NCBI GenBank assembly: GCA_965223345.1 | Contig: CBDCWG010000012.1 | Location: 2,400,001 to 2,464,000, forward strand | DNA: 64,000 nucleotides | Direction: 5' to 3' | Source: Nitrospinales bacterium | Lineage (GTDB): Bacteria; Nitrospinota; Nitrospinia; Nitrospinales; VA-1 | Part shown: positions 1 through 8,466 of the stretch, piece after piece | Layout of the letters: every line of letters begins with the position of its first letter | How positions within the stretch are numbered: position 1 is the stretch's first letter | Made by a program: the position numbers and the translations under genes | Notes under the pieces: generated by a model | What the model was told of the DNA's origin: nothing | What the model saw: only the letters and a program-made list of their open reading frames with translations | Databases searched by the model: none

Positions 1-2
1 AG

Positions 3-716
3 GAAGCGGCGGACATGACGCTGACCGACGACAATTTCGCTTCCATCGTCGGCGCGGTGGAGGAGGGGCGCGGCATCTTCGGCAATATCAAAAAATACCT
101 GATGCTGCTGTTGTCCGCGAACATCGGCGAGATCGGCCTGATCGCCGGCACGGTGATCGCGGGCCTGCCGCTTCCCCTGACGGCCGTGCAGATCCTCTAC
201 GTCAACCTGGCGACGGACGGCCTGCCGGCCCTGGCCCTGTCCGTGGACCCGCCGGAAAAGGACCTGATGCAGCGCGCGCCGAGAAACCCGCGCACCGGCA
301 TCTTCACGCGTCCGGTGGTGTTTCTCATGCTGGTCGGGGGCGTGTGGTCCACGATCATCAATTTCGGCCTGTTCTCCTGGGCGCAGGGATCGGCCTACGG
401 TCCCGAGCGGGCGATGACCCTGACTTTTCTGTGCCTGATTCTCAGCGAACTGTTCCAGGCCTATGTGTTCCGTTCCGACCGCTTTCCGGTTTACCAGAAC
501 CTGTTCGGCAACAAGTGGCTGAACAGGGCCTTCGTGTGGGAGCTGACGCTCTTGATGCTCATCGTGTACGTGCCTTTTCTGCAGGGGCCGTTCGGGACGT
601 TCAGCCTGACCGCCGCGGATTGGGTGCTGGTGATAACGGTGGCGTTCACGATGGTTCTGGTTCTGGAGGCCGCCAAATGGATGGTGCGGCGCGGCTGGGT
701 GCGTGAGGTGAATTGA
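3..716 (+). CDS. P-type cation-transporting ATPase (type IIA, Ca2+-like), C-terminal part, truncated by window edge
   Basis: Motifs DDNFASIV.AVEEGR.IF.NI and QILYVNLATDGLPALAL; C-terminal TM helices. Confidence 0.9.
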   Translation, partial: EAADMTLTDDNFASIVGAVEEGRGIFGNIKKYLMLLLSANIGEIGLIAGTVIAGLPLPLTAVQILYVNLATDGLPALALSVDPPEKDLMQRAPRNPRTGIFTRPVVFLMLVGGVWSTIINFGLFSWAQGSAYGPERAMTLTFLCLILSELFQAYVFRSDRFPVYQNLFGNKWLNRAFVWELTLLMLIVYVPFLQGPFGTFSLTAADWVLVITVAFTMVLVLEAAKWMVRRGWVREVN

Positions 717-736
717 ATCGACAGGAAAATCCTCAA

Positions 737-1342
737 TCAGGGCGTGTTTCTCACCGCACGGACGCCTCCGTTGTTGCAAAGTTTAAAGTCTCTGACGTCG
801 ATCTTTCCATTCACAAAGTAAAGTGTCTTCGCACAACACTCTGAAGTAGCGGTGCCGCAGTCACTCGTCCAATACCAGTAGGCGGCTCCGTCGGCAAATT
901 TTTTATCCAGCGCCAGAGGGTATTTCGGATTGTGGTCCCAGGCCATGACATTTTCCTGTGTCTCGTCGTAAATCGTGGCCAGCTCCTTAAGAGTCGGGAT
1001 TCTCCAGTCTGTGTGTCCCCCGGTCTTTAAATTTTTGACATATTCCAAAGATTCCGGCCATGTCAGACATTTGTTCAGATCCGCATAGCTGTCCTTCTGA
1101 GCCCACATCAATCCCCTATCCGGATCGGTGATCGTCCCATCCCCATTTTCCAGTAGGTGCAGCTTCGATTGCGGGATTACTACAGGAGGCGCGATGTATT
1201 CCGGTGCTTCATAAGCAGGCCTGGGCTGGCAGGACATTTTATCTGCGCGGGCGATATCGGGGATGGTCACAATCAGAACCAGTCCCAGGACGAAGGACCC
1301 CGCAACACGGCAATTTTTTAAGGAACCGGGTAAATCGGACAT
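737..1342 (-). CDS. Exported DUF1566 (Lcl C-terminal) domain protein
   Basis: NGDGTITD..GLMW, DWRIPTLKEL, C-terminal VRAVR; signal-like N-terminus. Confidence 0.8.
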   Translation of the reverse strand: MSDLPGSLKNCRVAGSFVLGLVLIVTIPDIARADKMSCQPRPAYEAPEYIAPPVVIPQSKLHLLENGDGTITDPDRGLMWAQKDSYADLNKCLTWPESLEYVKNLKTGGHTDWRIPTLKELATIYDETQENVMAWDHNPKYPLALDKKFADGAAYWYWTSDCGTATSECCAKTLYFVNGKIDVRDFKLCNNGGVRAVRNTP

Positions 1343-1439
1343 GGAATAATTTCCTCTTTTTGGGCCATTTTATATTCTTTTGGCGGTTTCTCCAAGAGCC
1401 TGAAGGCCGCAGGATCGAAATTAAAACGTAAGTGGGGGA

Positions 1440-2669
1440 TCACCTGTTCGGGGGCGCCGGGCCGTGTGCCAGCCGGGGATGAAAGTGCAGATACAGCGCT
1501 TTCATCGCGAAAGGAGAGAGCAGGGTGGTGAAGGCGATGACGATGATCATCCCGGCGTAGATTTCGTTGGTGAACACCCCGCTTTCCCGTCCCAGTTCCG
1601 CGAACACCAGCCCCACTTCCCCGCGCGGCACCATGGCGGTCCCCACGACCCAGCGCACGGGCCAGGGTTCGTCGATCAGGAAGGAAGCGGCGAGTTTTCC
1701 CAGGCAGGCTGCGATCAGCACCAGAAAGGAAAAGGCCCAGATGAATTCGGAATCCCAATCGATGGACCGAAGATCGAGGGAAAGCCCGACCATCACAAAA
1801 AAGATCGGCGTGAACAACTGGCCGAGCGGCCGCATCTGTTTTTCGATGCGTTCCGTGAAACCGGGATCGGCGTGCAGCATGGAGCCGAACGGCAGGAAGA
1901 ACCGGCGCGACAGGGCCAGGCCAGCGGCGAAACCGCCCAGCAGATCCGGAGCGCCGATGAAATGCGCGAGCCAGGCAAAAAACAGGATCAGCGACACCAC
2001 CGCTGTGGGGATCATGCCGGGGATGTCGCTCACCGAGTCGAAGTGGCGGATGAGCGAGGACATCAGCTTCGCGGCCACCGGGGCGAGGATGAAAAAAAAT
2101 GCCAGAAAGGTCAGCACTTTACCGGAATGGGCCAGGCTGATGGAGCCGCCGATGGAAAATTCGTACAGCATGGCGAGAAGAACGACACCGAGGATGTCGT
2201 CGAGGACGGCTGCGCCGAGCACGATCTGCCCTTCGGATTCTTTCTGCCGTTTCAGATCCGCGAGCACCCGCACCGTGATGCCGATGCTGGTGGCGGTGAG
2301 GGTGCCGCCGATGAACAGGGACATCAAAAGCGGCAGGGAAAAGACGTAATAGCCCAGTATGAATCCGAACAGCAGCGGCAGCACGAAACCGACAAGGGCG
2401 ACCGCCACGGATTTCCCGCCGCTGCGGGCCAGCCGGTTCAGGTCGGTTCCCAGCCCCACCTCGAACAGCAGCAGCAGGATGCCGATTTCCGCCATGTGGC
2501 GGATGACTTCATCGAGTTGAATCCAGCCCAGAATACTGGGGCCGAGCACGACTCCCGCCAGCAACTCGCCGATGACAGAGGGGACTTCCAGCCGGGTGGC
2601 GATTTCCGCGAACACCCGCGCGGTGAGCAGAATGATCAGCAGAATGAGAAAAAAACTGTGGGTTTCCAT
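1440..2669 (-). CDS. Cation:proton antiporter, CPA2/NapA-like
   Basis: Motifs ATSIGIT, AAVLDDILG, MVPRGEVGL; about 12 hydrophobic segments. Confidence 0.9.
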   Translation of the reverse strand: METHSFFLILLIILLTARVFAEIATRLEVPSVIGELLAGVVLGPSILGWIQLDEVIRHMAEIGILLLLFEVGLGTDLNRLARSGGKSVAVALVGFVLPLLFGFILGYYVFSLPLLMSLFIGGTLTATSIGITVRVLADLKRQKESEGQIVLGAAVLDDILGVVLLAMLYEFSIGGSISLAHSGKVLTFLAFFFILAPVAAKLMSSLIRHFDSVSDIPGMIPTAVVSLILFFAWLAHFIGAPDLLGGFAAGLALSRRFFLPFGSMLHADPGFTERIEKQMRPLGQLFTPIFFVMVGLSLDLRSIDWDSEFIWAFSFLVLIAACLGKLAASFLIDEPWPVRWVVGTAMVPRGEVGLVFAELGRESGVFTNEIYAGMIIVIAFTTLLSPFAMKALYLHFHPRLAHGPAPPNR

Positions 2670-2703
2670 AGAGACCGGTGTTCCTGCGGCCCTGCCAATC
2701 CTG

Positions 2704-3285
2704 TCACGTCTCGACGATCAGAATGATCAGGCTGGTGAACGCGGCGATCAGCACCGCCCGCACACCCGTCCACAGCCAGTGCGAGCCGCTGAGTTTTCCC
2801 AGAAACAGCCCCATCGTGAATATGGTGACGAATGCGATTGCGAGCGACAGGGGCAAGGGAGGGAAGGGCAGCGGCACGGCGAAGCGGTCCAGCCAGAAAG
2901 GGCTGATGATGATCAGGGCGATCAGCAGAGGAGAAAATCCGTTGACCGCGGCGATCAGAACCGGCACCCATTGCGTGGCTCTGCCGTGTTCGGTCTCGGT
3001 CAGGTCCGTCACCAGGGCGCTTTCCAACTCTCCCAACTCCTTTTTTCTCTCCTCGGACTCGCTGATATACGCGCTTGCCAGGCCGCTGATGCAGAGCGCG
3101 ATGGCGGCGCCCATGCAGGCGTTGAGGACCAGGATGGTATCGACGGAGCCCGAGCTGTAAAAGCCCATCAACAGTCCCAGCATCGTCAGAGCGCCGTCGT
3201 AGCCGTTGGTGAAAAAATAGCGGCGCGCGATCTGCCCCGGCCGGGAAATCTTGAAGAGCAGTCGCAGCCGGGGCAGCCCGATCAT
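2704..3285 (-). CDS. VIT1/CCC1-like membrane protein
   Basis: RRYFFTNGYDGAL, SAYISESEE, about 5 TM segments; paired with DUF211. Confidence 0.65.
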   Translation of the reverse strand: MIGLPRLRLLFKISRPGQIARRYFFTNGYDGALTMLGLLMGFYSSGSVDTILVLNACMGAAIALCISGLASAYISESEERKKELGELESALVTDLTETEHGRATQWVPVLIAAVNGFSPLLIALIIISPFWLDRFAVPLPFPPLPLSLAIAFVTIFTMGLFLGKLSGSHWLWTGVRAVLIAAFTSLIILIVET

Positions 3286-3288
3286 TGG

Positions 3289-3567
3289 TTATTCCGGGTT
3301 CTGCGGCGTGTTTTCGCCCACGACTTCCACTTCGTCGATGCTGTGCAGGGCGCCGCCCATTTCCTTGATCGATTCGACGATGGCGTCGAAGGGAATGTCT
3401 TCGCCTTCCAGCGTCAACGTGATGGATTCGGTGTTTTTGTCCATCTCTTCGACTTTCAAATGCACACGGGTGCCGTTTCCATGCTCGGATATGGCTTTTG
3501 CGAAATCCAGAGGGCCGGGAGTGTGCGGTTTCAATACATCGAGAACCAGGCGTTTGATCGTGGTCAT
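3289..3567 (-). CDS. DUF211 domain protein
   Basis: IKRLVLDVLKPH.P and GGALHSIDEV signature; start chosen at ATG 3567. Confidence 0.85.
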   Translation of the reverse strand: MTTIKRLVLDVLKPHTPGPLDFAKAISEHGNGTRVHLKVEEMDKNTESITLTLEGEDIPFDAIVESIKEMGGALHSIDEVEVVGENTPQNPE

Positions 3568-3607
3568 TCCGGTTACCGCTTCGGTTGGGTTCAATGGGAC
3601 TCCGATT

Positions 3608-4081
3608 TTAACCCGAAAAGCTGCGCAGATACAGGATCAATTGCCAGATCTGTTTTTCCGAAAGTTTGTGAAACCCCTTCATCCGGGTGCCGTGCGATCC
3701 CTGCTGAATCACCCAGAACAGCTGGCCGTCCTGCACCTCTTTCATCGTCTGGTAACAGGTGAAGTCGCGCGGATAGGGTTTCATCCGCTGGAAGATCACG
3801 CCGAACCCGTCGCCCTTGAACCCGTGACAGGTTTCGCAGGGCAGGGGGCGCGCGTCTTCATGAAACAGTTTTTTCCCTGCTTCGATATTTTCTTGAGTGG
3901 GCTCAAGCGGGTTCTTGAATTCGAAATAGTGGGCGAAATCCTCCGGCGGCGGGTCGGTGCCGCGGGTTTGCGGGCACAGGTCGGAAGCCTGCGCGATGGC
4001 GGGAACCAGAAAGAAAGCGCCAATCCAGAACGCGAGAATCAATTGGGACAAAACATTCCTCTTTCTCAACGGGGACTTCAT
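3608..4081 (-). CDS. Periplasmic monoheme cytochrome c
   Basis: Signal peptide, CETCH, GDGFG..PRDFT, distal Met in GTRM; GGAGG before ATG 4081. Confidence 0.9.
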   Translation of the reverse strand: MKSPLRKRNVLSQLILAFWIGAFFLVPAIAQASDLCPQTRGTDPPPEDFAHYFEFKNPLEPTQENIEAGKKLFHEDARPLPCETCHGFKGDGFGVIFQRMKPYPRDFTCYQTMKEVQDGQLFWVIQQGSHGTRMKGFHKLSEKQIWQLILYLRSFSG

Positions 4082-4135
4082 GCCGACCTCCAGGAAAGGA
4101 TTGCGATTCACACAATGGAAACGATCAGCAACGTA

Positions 4136-4537
4136 TCACATGTTCGCCTCGAATTCCGGTTCCAGCAGGCTTTGCAGGATGTCGCCGCGGGAAACGACCC
4201 CGACCAGACGGCCGTCCTTCACCACGGGAAGCCGGATGATGTTGAAATTCTCCATGACGGAAATCGCTTCGGTGATCGGGATGTCCGGTCTGGCGGTGAC
4301 CACCTCGGCGGTCATGACATCGCTGGCGGTGGAGCGAGCCAGCTCCTTGCCGTCGTTGAGAGCTCGCAAAATGTCGATTTCGGTGACGATGCCGATCAGC
4401 TTGCCTTTCTCCCCGGTGACGGGCATGCCGCTGTAGTTACTGCTGATCATCTGCAGGGCGATGTCGCGCAGTGTGGTGTGTGCTTTGGCCGAAATCACGG
4501 GCCGCGTCATGATTTCTCCTACATCCAGGTCTTTCAT
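4136..4537 (-). CDS. Stand-alone CBS-pair protein
   Basis: Two CBS repeats (GMPV..LIGIVTEID; RLPVV..LVGVVSRGD). Confidence 0.9.
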   Translation of the reverse strand: MKDLDVGEIMTRPVISAKAHTTLRDIALQMISSNYSGMPVTGEKGKLIGIVTEIDILRALNDGKELARSTASDVMTAEVVTARPDIPITEAISVMENFNIIRLPVVKDGRLVGVVSRGDILQSLLEPEFEANM

Positions 4538-4696
4538 GCGATCACCTCGCCTTCCTTTTGAGTTTTGCCGTTATCAAACGGCGTTTCGGACTGTCATTCT
4601 CCATACATAAAGATCGTTTCAGCCAGGAAAAAATTCCGCCTGCCGCGGGCGGTCGTCTGTGTAAGCGGAGCGGCATCGAACTACGGCTATTTTATA

Positions 4697-5803
4697 TCAC
4701 TCGATGGCCAGCGTCACGGCGATGCCGCCCATGACGTCGTTGAGCTTGAAATCCCGTTTCGGGCTGTTGGGGTTTGCGTTGTGGCACTCGATGCAGGCCG
4801 GGGTCACGGCTAGGTCCGGATAGATCGCCCGGAAGTAGCGGTTGCCGGCCAGGTGCAGGGTTTCCACGAAGGGCCGGAACGGATTGCGTACGATTTCCTT
4901 GAGGCCCGTGCGCTCGAACACGTTGGCGGGGCCGTTGCTCTTGTTGATGGGCCACAGGCTGATGAGACGAAAATCCATGTCGAGGTTTTTCTGCCGCACC
5001 AGCCGAAACGTCGCGGCCAGGTACTGGGCGGGCAGGGGCAGGCCGTTTTCCAGCGCCCAGTGCTGGGAAGCCCGCAGGATGCCTTTTCCCTGAAGGCGCT
5101 CGACGATCAGCGTCGAATAGACGGTGCGGTCCGCCTGCAGGATGTCGTGGACGTACTCGGCCACCACTTCGGGAGCCAGGCTTTCCTTTTGGGGGTCGAA
5201 GGGAAATTCGATCACAACGCCGCCCATCACATCGCCCACTGCGAAGTCGCGCTTCGGGGAATCGGGGTGAAGGTTGTGGCAGGAGGTGCAGGAGGCGTTG
5301 GTCGCAAAATCCGGATAGACGATGCGATACAGGGACCGGTCCACACCGGGTTCGACCCAGGCGACGGGTTCCTGCGGCCGGTTTGCCACCGCTTGAAACG
5401 CGCTTTGTTCTTTGCCCGGCTTGGGATGTTGGTTCTTGTTGATGGGCCAGAGGCTTTTCAGGAAATAACGCACGCCGGTTTCCGTGCGGTTGGAAAGTTC
5501 GGAGGATTTTTGCAGAAACTGCGCCGGCAGAAGCAGGGTGTTTTCGCTTTCCCAGTTTTCCGTGGCATGAATCTGCGTGGTGTTTTCCAGCCGATCGACG
5601 ATGTAGCCGGAATAGATGGTGCGGTTGGCTTCGATGACGGCGTGGATGAAATCGGCGGCGGCGCGCAATGCAATGCGCCCGTTCTCTCCGGGGACGGTGT
5701 TTGCGGGCCGGGGCGTGGCCAGCAGGACGAGCGTTGACACAGACCCGATCAAAAACAACCCCCACAGGGATTGCAACCCCTTCGTGACCCGAATAGAACC
5801 CAT
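4697..5803 (-). CDS. Tandem DUF3365/Tll0287-like diheme c protein
   Basis: Two homologous halves, each with SLWPINK, YPD.A...CxxCH (CTSCH, CIECH), SPKRDF and DVMGG. Confidence 0.85.
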   Translation of the reverse strand: MGSIRVTKGLQSLWGLFLIGSVSTLVLLATPRPANTVPGENGRIALRAAADFIHAVIEANRTIYSGYIVDRLENTTQIHATENWESENTLLLPAQFLQKSSELSNRTETGVRYFLKSLWPINKNQHPKPGKEQSAFQAVANRPQEPVAWVEPGVDRSLYRIVYPDFATNASCTSCHNLHPDSPKRDFAVGDVMGGVVIEFPFDPQKESLAPEVVAEYVHDILQADRTVYSTLIVERLQGKGILRASQHWALENGLPLPAQYLAATFRLVRQKNLDMDFRLISLWPINKSNGPANVFERTGLKEIVRNPFRPFVETLHLAGNRYFRAIYPDLAVTPACIECHNANPNSPKRDFKLNDVMGGIAVTLAIE

Positions 5804-5993
5804 GTCACTAATATAAGCTTAAAAAACGGGCTGCGCAAGCGGATGGGTTTTGTCTAATACTTTGAATAATATAGATTTATGGGGGGTAGCAATTTCCAGC
5901 TCTGGCGAGGCGGGGCACTGCAAGGCCGGGGTGTGGGGAACGTTCCACCCCGGCCCGTTTCGGGTCGTTCGCGTCCTTATTTTATTGCGAATG

Positions 5994-6686
5994 TTACCGA
6001 AGACACTTGTGCACTCTCACGGAAATCAGCGAGAGGTACTTTTCCGTCGCATCGGTCTGAGTCGGATTCACCTGGTTGTCCGCCAGACGGATGAGGGTGC
6101 GGGTGACTTTGCGGGAAGACATGCTTTTGCTGACCTGCAAGGGATTGGGAATGATGTAGAGCAGCGTCCCTTTCTTTTTCACATCGATCAGTTCCGGGTT
6201 TTCCACTTCCACGCGGAAATCGTCCGCATCCAGTTTGGTGTCCACAATCTGCGTGTCCATCAGGCAGGCGTTGACGGTGAGATGCGTTTCCGCAACAAAC
6301 GAACGCAGGTACGCCGTCAGGTCCGCGATCTGATCTTCGCTGAGATCGAAACTCGGCATGGCGGTGCCGGCAATCCCGTAGTTGATCGCCGCCTCGATGG
6401 ACTGGTCGGGAATGCGGCTCATCACTTTGTAGTTGGTGAAGTCGCGGGGTTTGGGGTCGAGCCCTTCCGCGAGAAATCCGTTGCCGTCGCCCTGAATGCC
6501 GTGACACATCACGCAGCCCATTTCCTGGTAAATCAGCTCGCCGCTGGAAGTCGGCAGCGGTTCCGGCAGATTGCTGTACTGCTTGTGACCGGTGAATGCG
6601 TGCGCGCCGGCCGCGAACAGCAAAAAGACGGCGGCCGCAACGATCCTGCCCGTGGTGATGCTTTTAAGAAAATTCTGACTCTTCAT
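5994..6686 (-). CDS. Cytochrome c with additional C-terminal domain
   Basis: Signal peptide ending AHA, CVMCH, GDGNG..PRDFT, GTAMP; start at ATG 6686 after GGGAGG. Confidence 0.85.
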   Translation of the reverse strand: MKSQNFLKSITTGRIVAAAVFLLFAAGAHAFTGHKQYSNLPEPLPTSSGELIYQEMGCVMCHGIQGDGNGFLAEGLDPKPRDFTNYKVMSRIPDQSIEAAINYGIAGTAMPSFDLSEDQIADLTAYLRSFVAETHLTVNACLMDTQIVDTKLDADDFRVEVENPELIDVKKKGTLLYIIPNPLQVSKSMSSRKVTRTLIRLADNQVNPTQTDATEKYLSLISVRVHKCLR

Positions 6687-6782
6687 CGTTCTGTTCCCCT
6701 CCCGAAAATGGTGTCGTTCCTGTGGCCTGCAGGTCTCAAAGCCCAACCGGTTTGGCCGCGTTCAGGTTGAACCGCTATTAGA

Positions 6783-6798
6783 TGCACACCCCATACCA
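6783..6798 (-). promoter_or_regulatory. Putative sigma-54 (-24/-12) promoter for the cytochrome c cluster
   Basis: Minus strand TGGTATGGGGTGTGCA has exact GG-N10-GC spacing, about 100 nt upstream of ATG 6686. Confidence 0.55.
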
Positions 6799-7125
6799 AT
6801 ATCCTTGCTGAAAAAGGACTTTTGCCGAAGTGGCGGTTTTTCAGGCATTTTGCAATTCGATGAGGGGTAAAGTATTGAATTATTATGAGTTTTTAGTGAG
6901 GCGCGGAGCCTGGATTGTATCTATTTTTTGACACCGGGATGCACTTTTGCGGCCACTTTTTGTGCCTGGTTGATGAGGCGCGCAGGAGAAAAATAGGGGT
7001 GCCCGTGGAAGGCAGCGGGTTGTGGGGGACCGGGATTGTCATCTTTTAAAGGTGAGACGGTTGTCTGTTCTGCCAAAGGGTCCTATATTTGCGCCATACA
7101 TCCATCTTTCGAGAGGGGGCCGCCA

Positions 7126-7563
7126 ATGAGAGGAAACACGCTTGTGCTGATCCTGTTCGCGTCGTTCGTGCTAACCGGGTGCACCGCTTCAGCGGGTTAT
7201 CAGAGGCATCTGGATCAATGGGAGGGGAAAAATCTGGATCAACTGGTGAGCGCCTGGGGGTATCCGGTGACTTCCTACCGCACCGCCGATGGCAACACGG
7301 TGTCCGAGTACCGGGAGATCGCGGTGTCTTCCAACACGCAGAACATCACCGGAACGCATATCGATCATTGCACGACCTCGGTGATTTCCGACCGGTCGGA
7401 CCGCATCATCGGACTGACCGGGGAGGGCAACGATTGTGGCACCTGTGATTTTCTGATTTGCCACATCAACCCGTTCAGCATTTTGGGCGTGTTCGGCGAC
7501 CCGCAGGGCAATGTCCCGTACTCCCGGCACACGCAGACGTTCCAGACTTCTTTCCAGAAGTGA
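7126..7563 (+). CDS. Hypothetical lipoprotein
   Basis: Lipobox VLTGC after a hydrophobic signal; WG.P motif; SD-like GAGGGG. Confidence 0.7.
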   Translation: MRGNTLVLILFASFVLTGCTASAGYQRHLDQWEGKNLDQLVSAWGYPVTSYRTADGNTVSEYREIAVSSNTQNITGTHIDHCTTSVISDRSDRIIGLTGEGNDCGTCDFLICHINPFSILGVFGDPQGNVPYSRHTQTFQTSFQK

Positions 7564-7651
7564 CCCGGCGAACACGGCGCCGGCGTTGAGGGAGCCAAAA
7601 AAGTGTTTTATAAATAACGTAATCGCATTCGTTATCTAATGAGGTGCTTCC

Positions 7652-8080
7652 ATGAAGAGGGTCGTTCTGTTTTTTCTCGCTGCAATTTCATTTCCCGCAA
7701 CACTCCACGCGAAAACTTACGGTGATGTGCAAGGAGCTGTTTATATTTCCAGTGAGGATGCGAAAACCCTGAAGATGAATCTTCCGGAGTCCCACCCCCT
7801 GGGCGAAACCATAACGGTCCATGTCGAAGGCATCGACACCCCCAACGCGAAAGGCAAATGCGAAAAGGAAACGTACAACGCGGTGCAGGCAAGCGAAATG
7901 GCGAAGGATATCCTGGCCGACGCCGAGCAGATCGACCTCAGGAACCTCAAGCGCGGCGAACAATCCAGAGTGATGGCGGACGTCATCGTCGATGACGAAA
8001 ACCTCGCGGATATCCTGATCGAGGCGGGAATGGCCGTACGTTCCGCCGTTGCAGCGAAACCGCACGACTGGTGCGAATAA
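7652..8080 (+). CDS. Secreted thermonuclease (SNase-like) family protein, catalytic residues degenerate
   Basis: Signal peptide, GIDTP, KCEKE, G.A, C-terminal DWC. Confidence 0.7.
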   Translation: MKRVVLFFLAAISFPATLHAKTYGDVQGAVYISSEDAKTLKMNLPESHPLGETITVHVEGIDTPNAKGKCEKETYNAVQASEMAKDILADAEQIDLRNLKRGEQSRVMADVIVDDENLADILIEAGMAVRSAVAAKPHDWCE

Positions 8081-8466
8081 ACGGATCGCTGACTGTCCCG
8101 CCGGTGACAAATATGAATCTTCCACACCACCCTGGGGGGCCTTCGGGCTCCTGAGGACCCTTCCATCGAATTCGTTTTCTGATATCCGATGCCGGAACGT
8201 GAAGCGGTTCGATTCAATTCACCGAAGCCTGATTCAGATTGAGGATAACTTGCAGATTCAGGTCATTTCCCTATCGACGATTAAATAGAATGGGGGTAAT
8301 ATTGTTGGAAATATAGTAGAAGTTTTTCATTAATTTCACGGAGATTTATGGAGTTTGCGGATTGCTGGGGAGGGTGAGCAAGTCTATTATTTCCCTGGCT
8401 TGTTACTGGTGCGATTACCCCAGGTTCAAACCGCAAACGTTTCTTTTAGCGTAGGGGGAGAAACTC

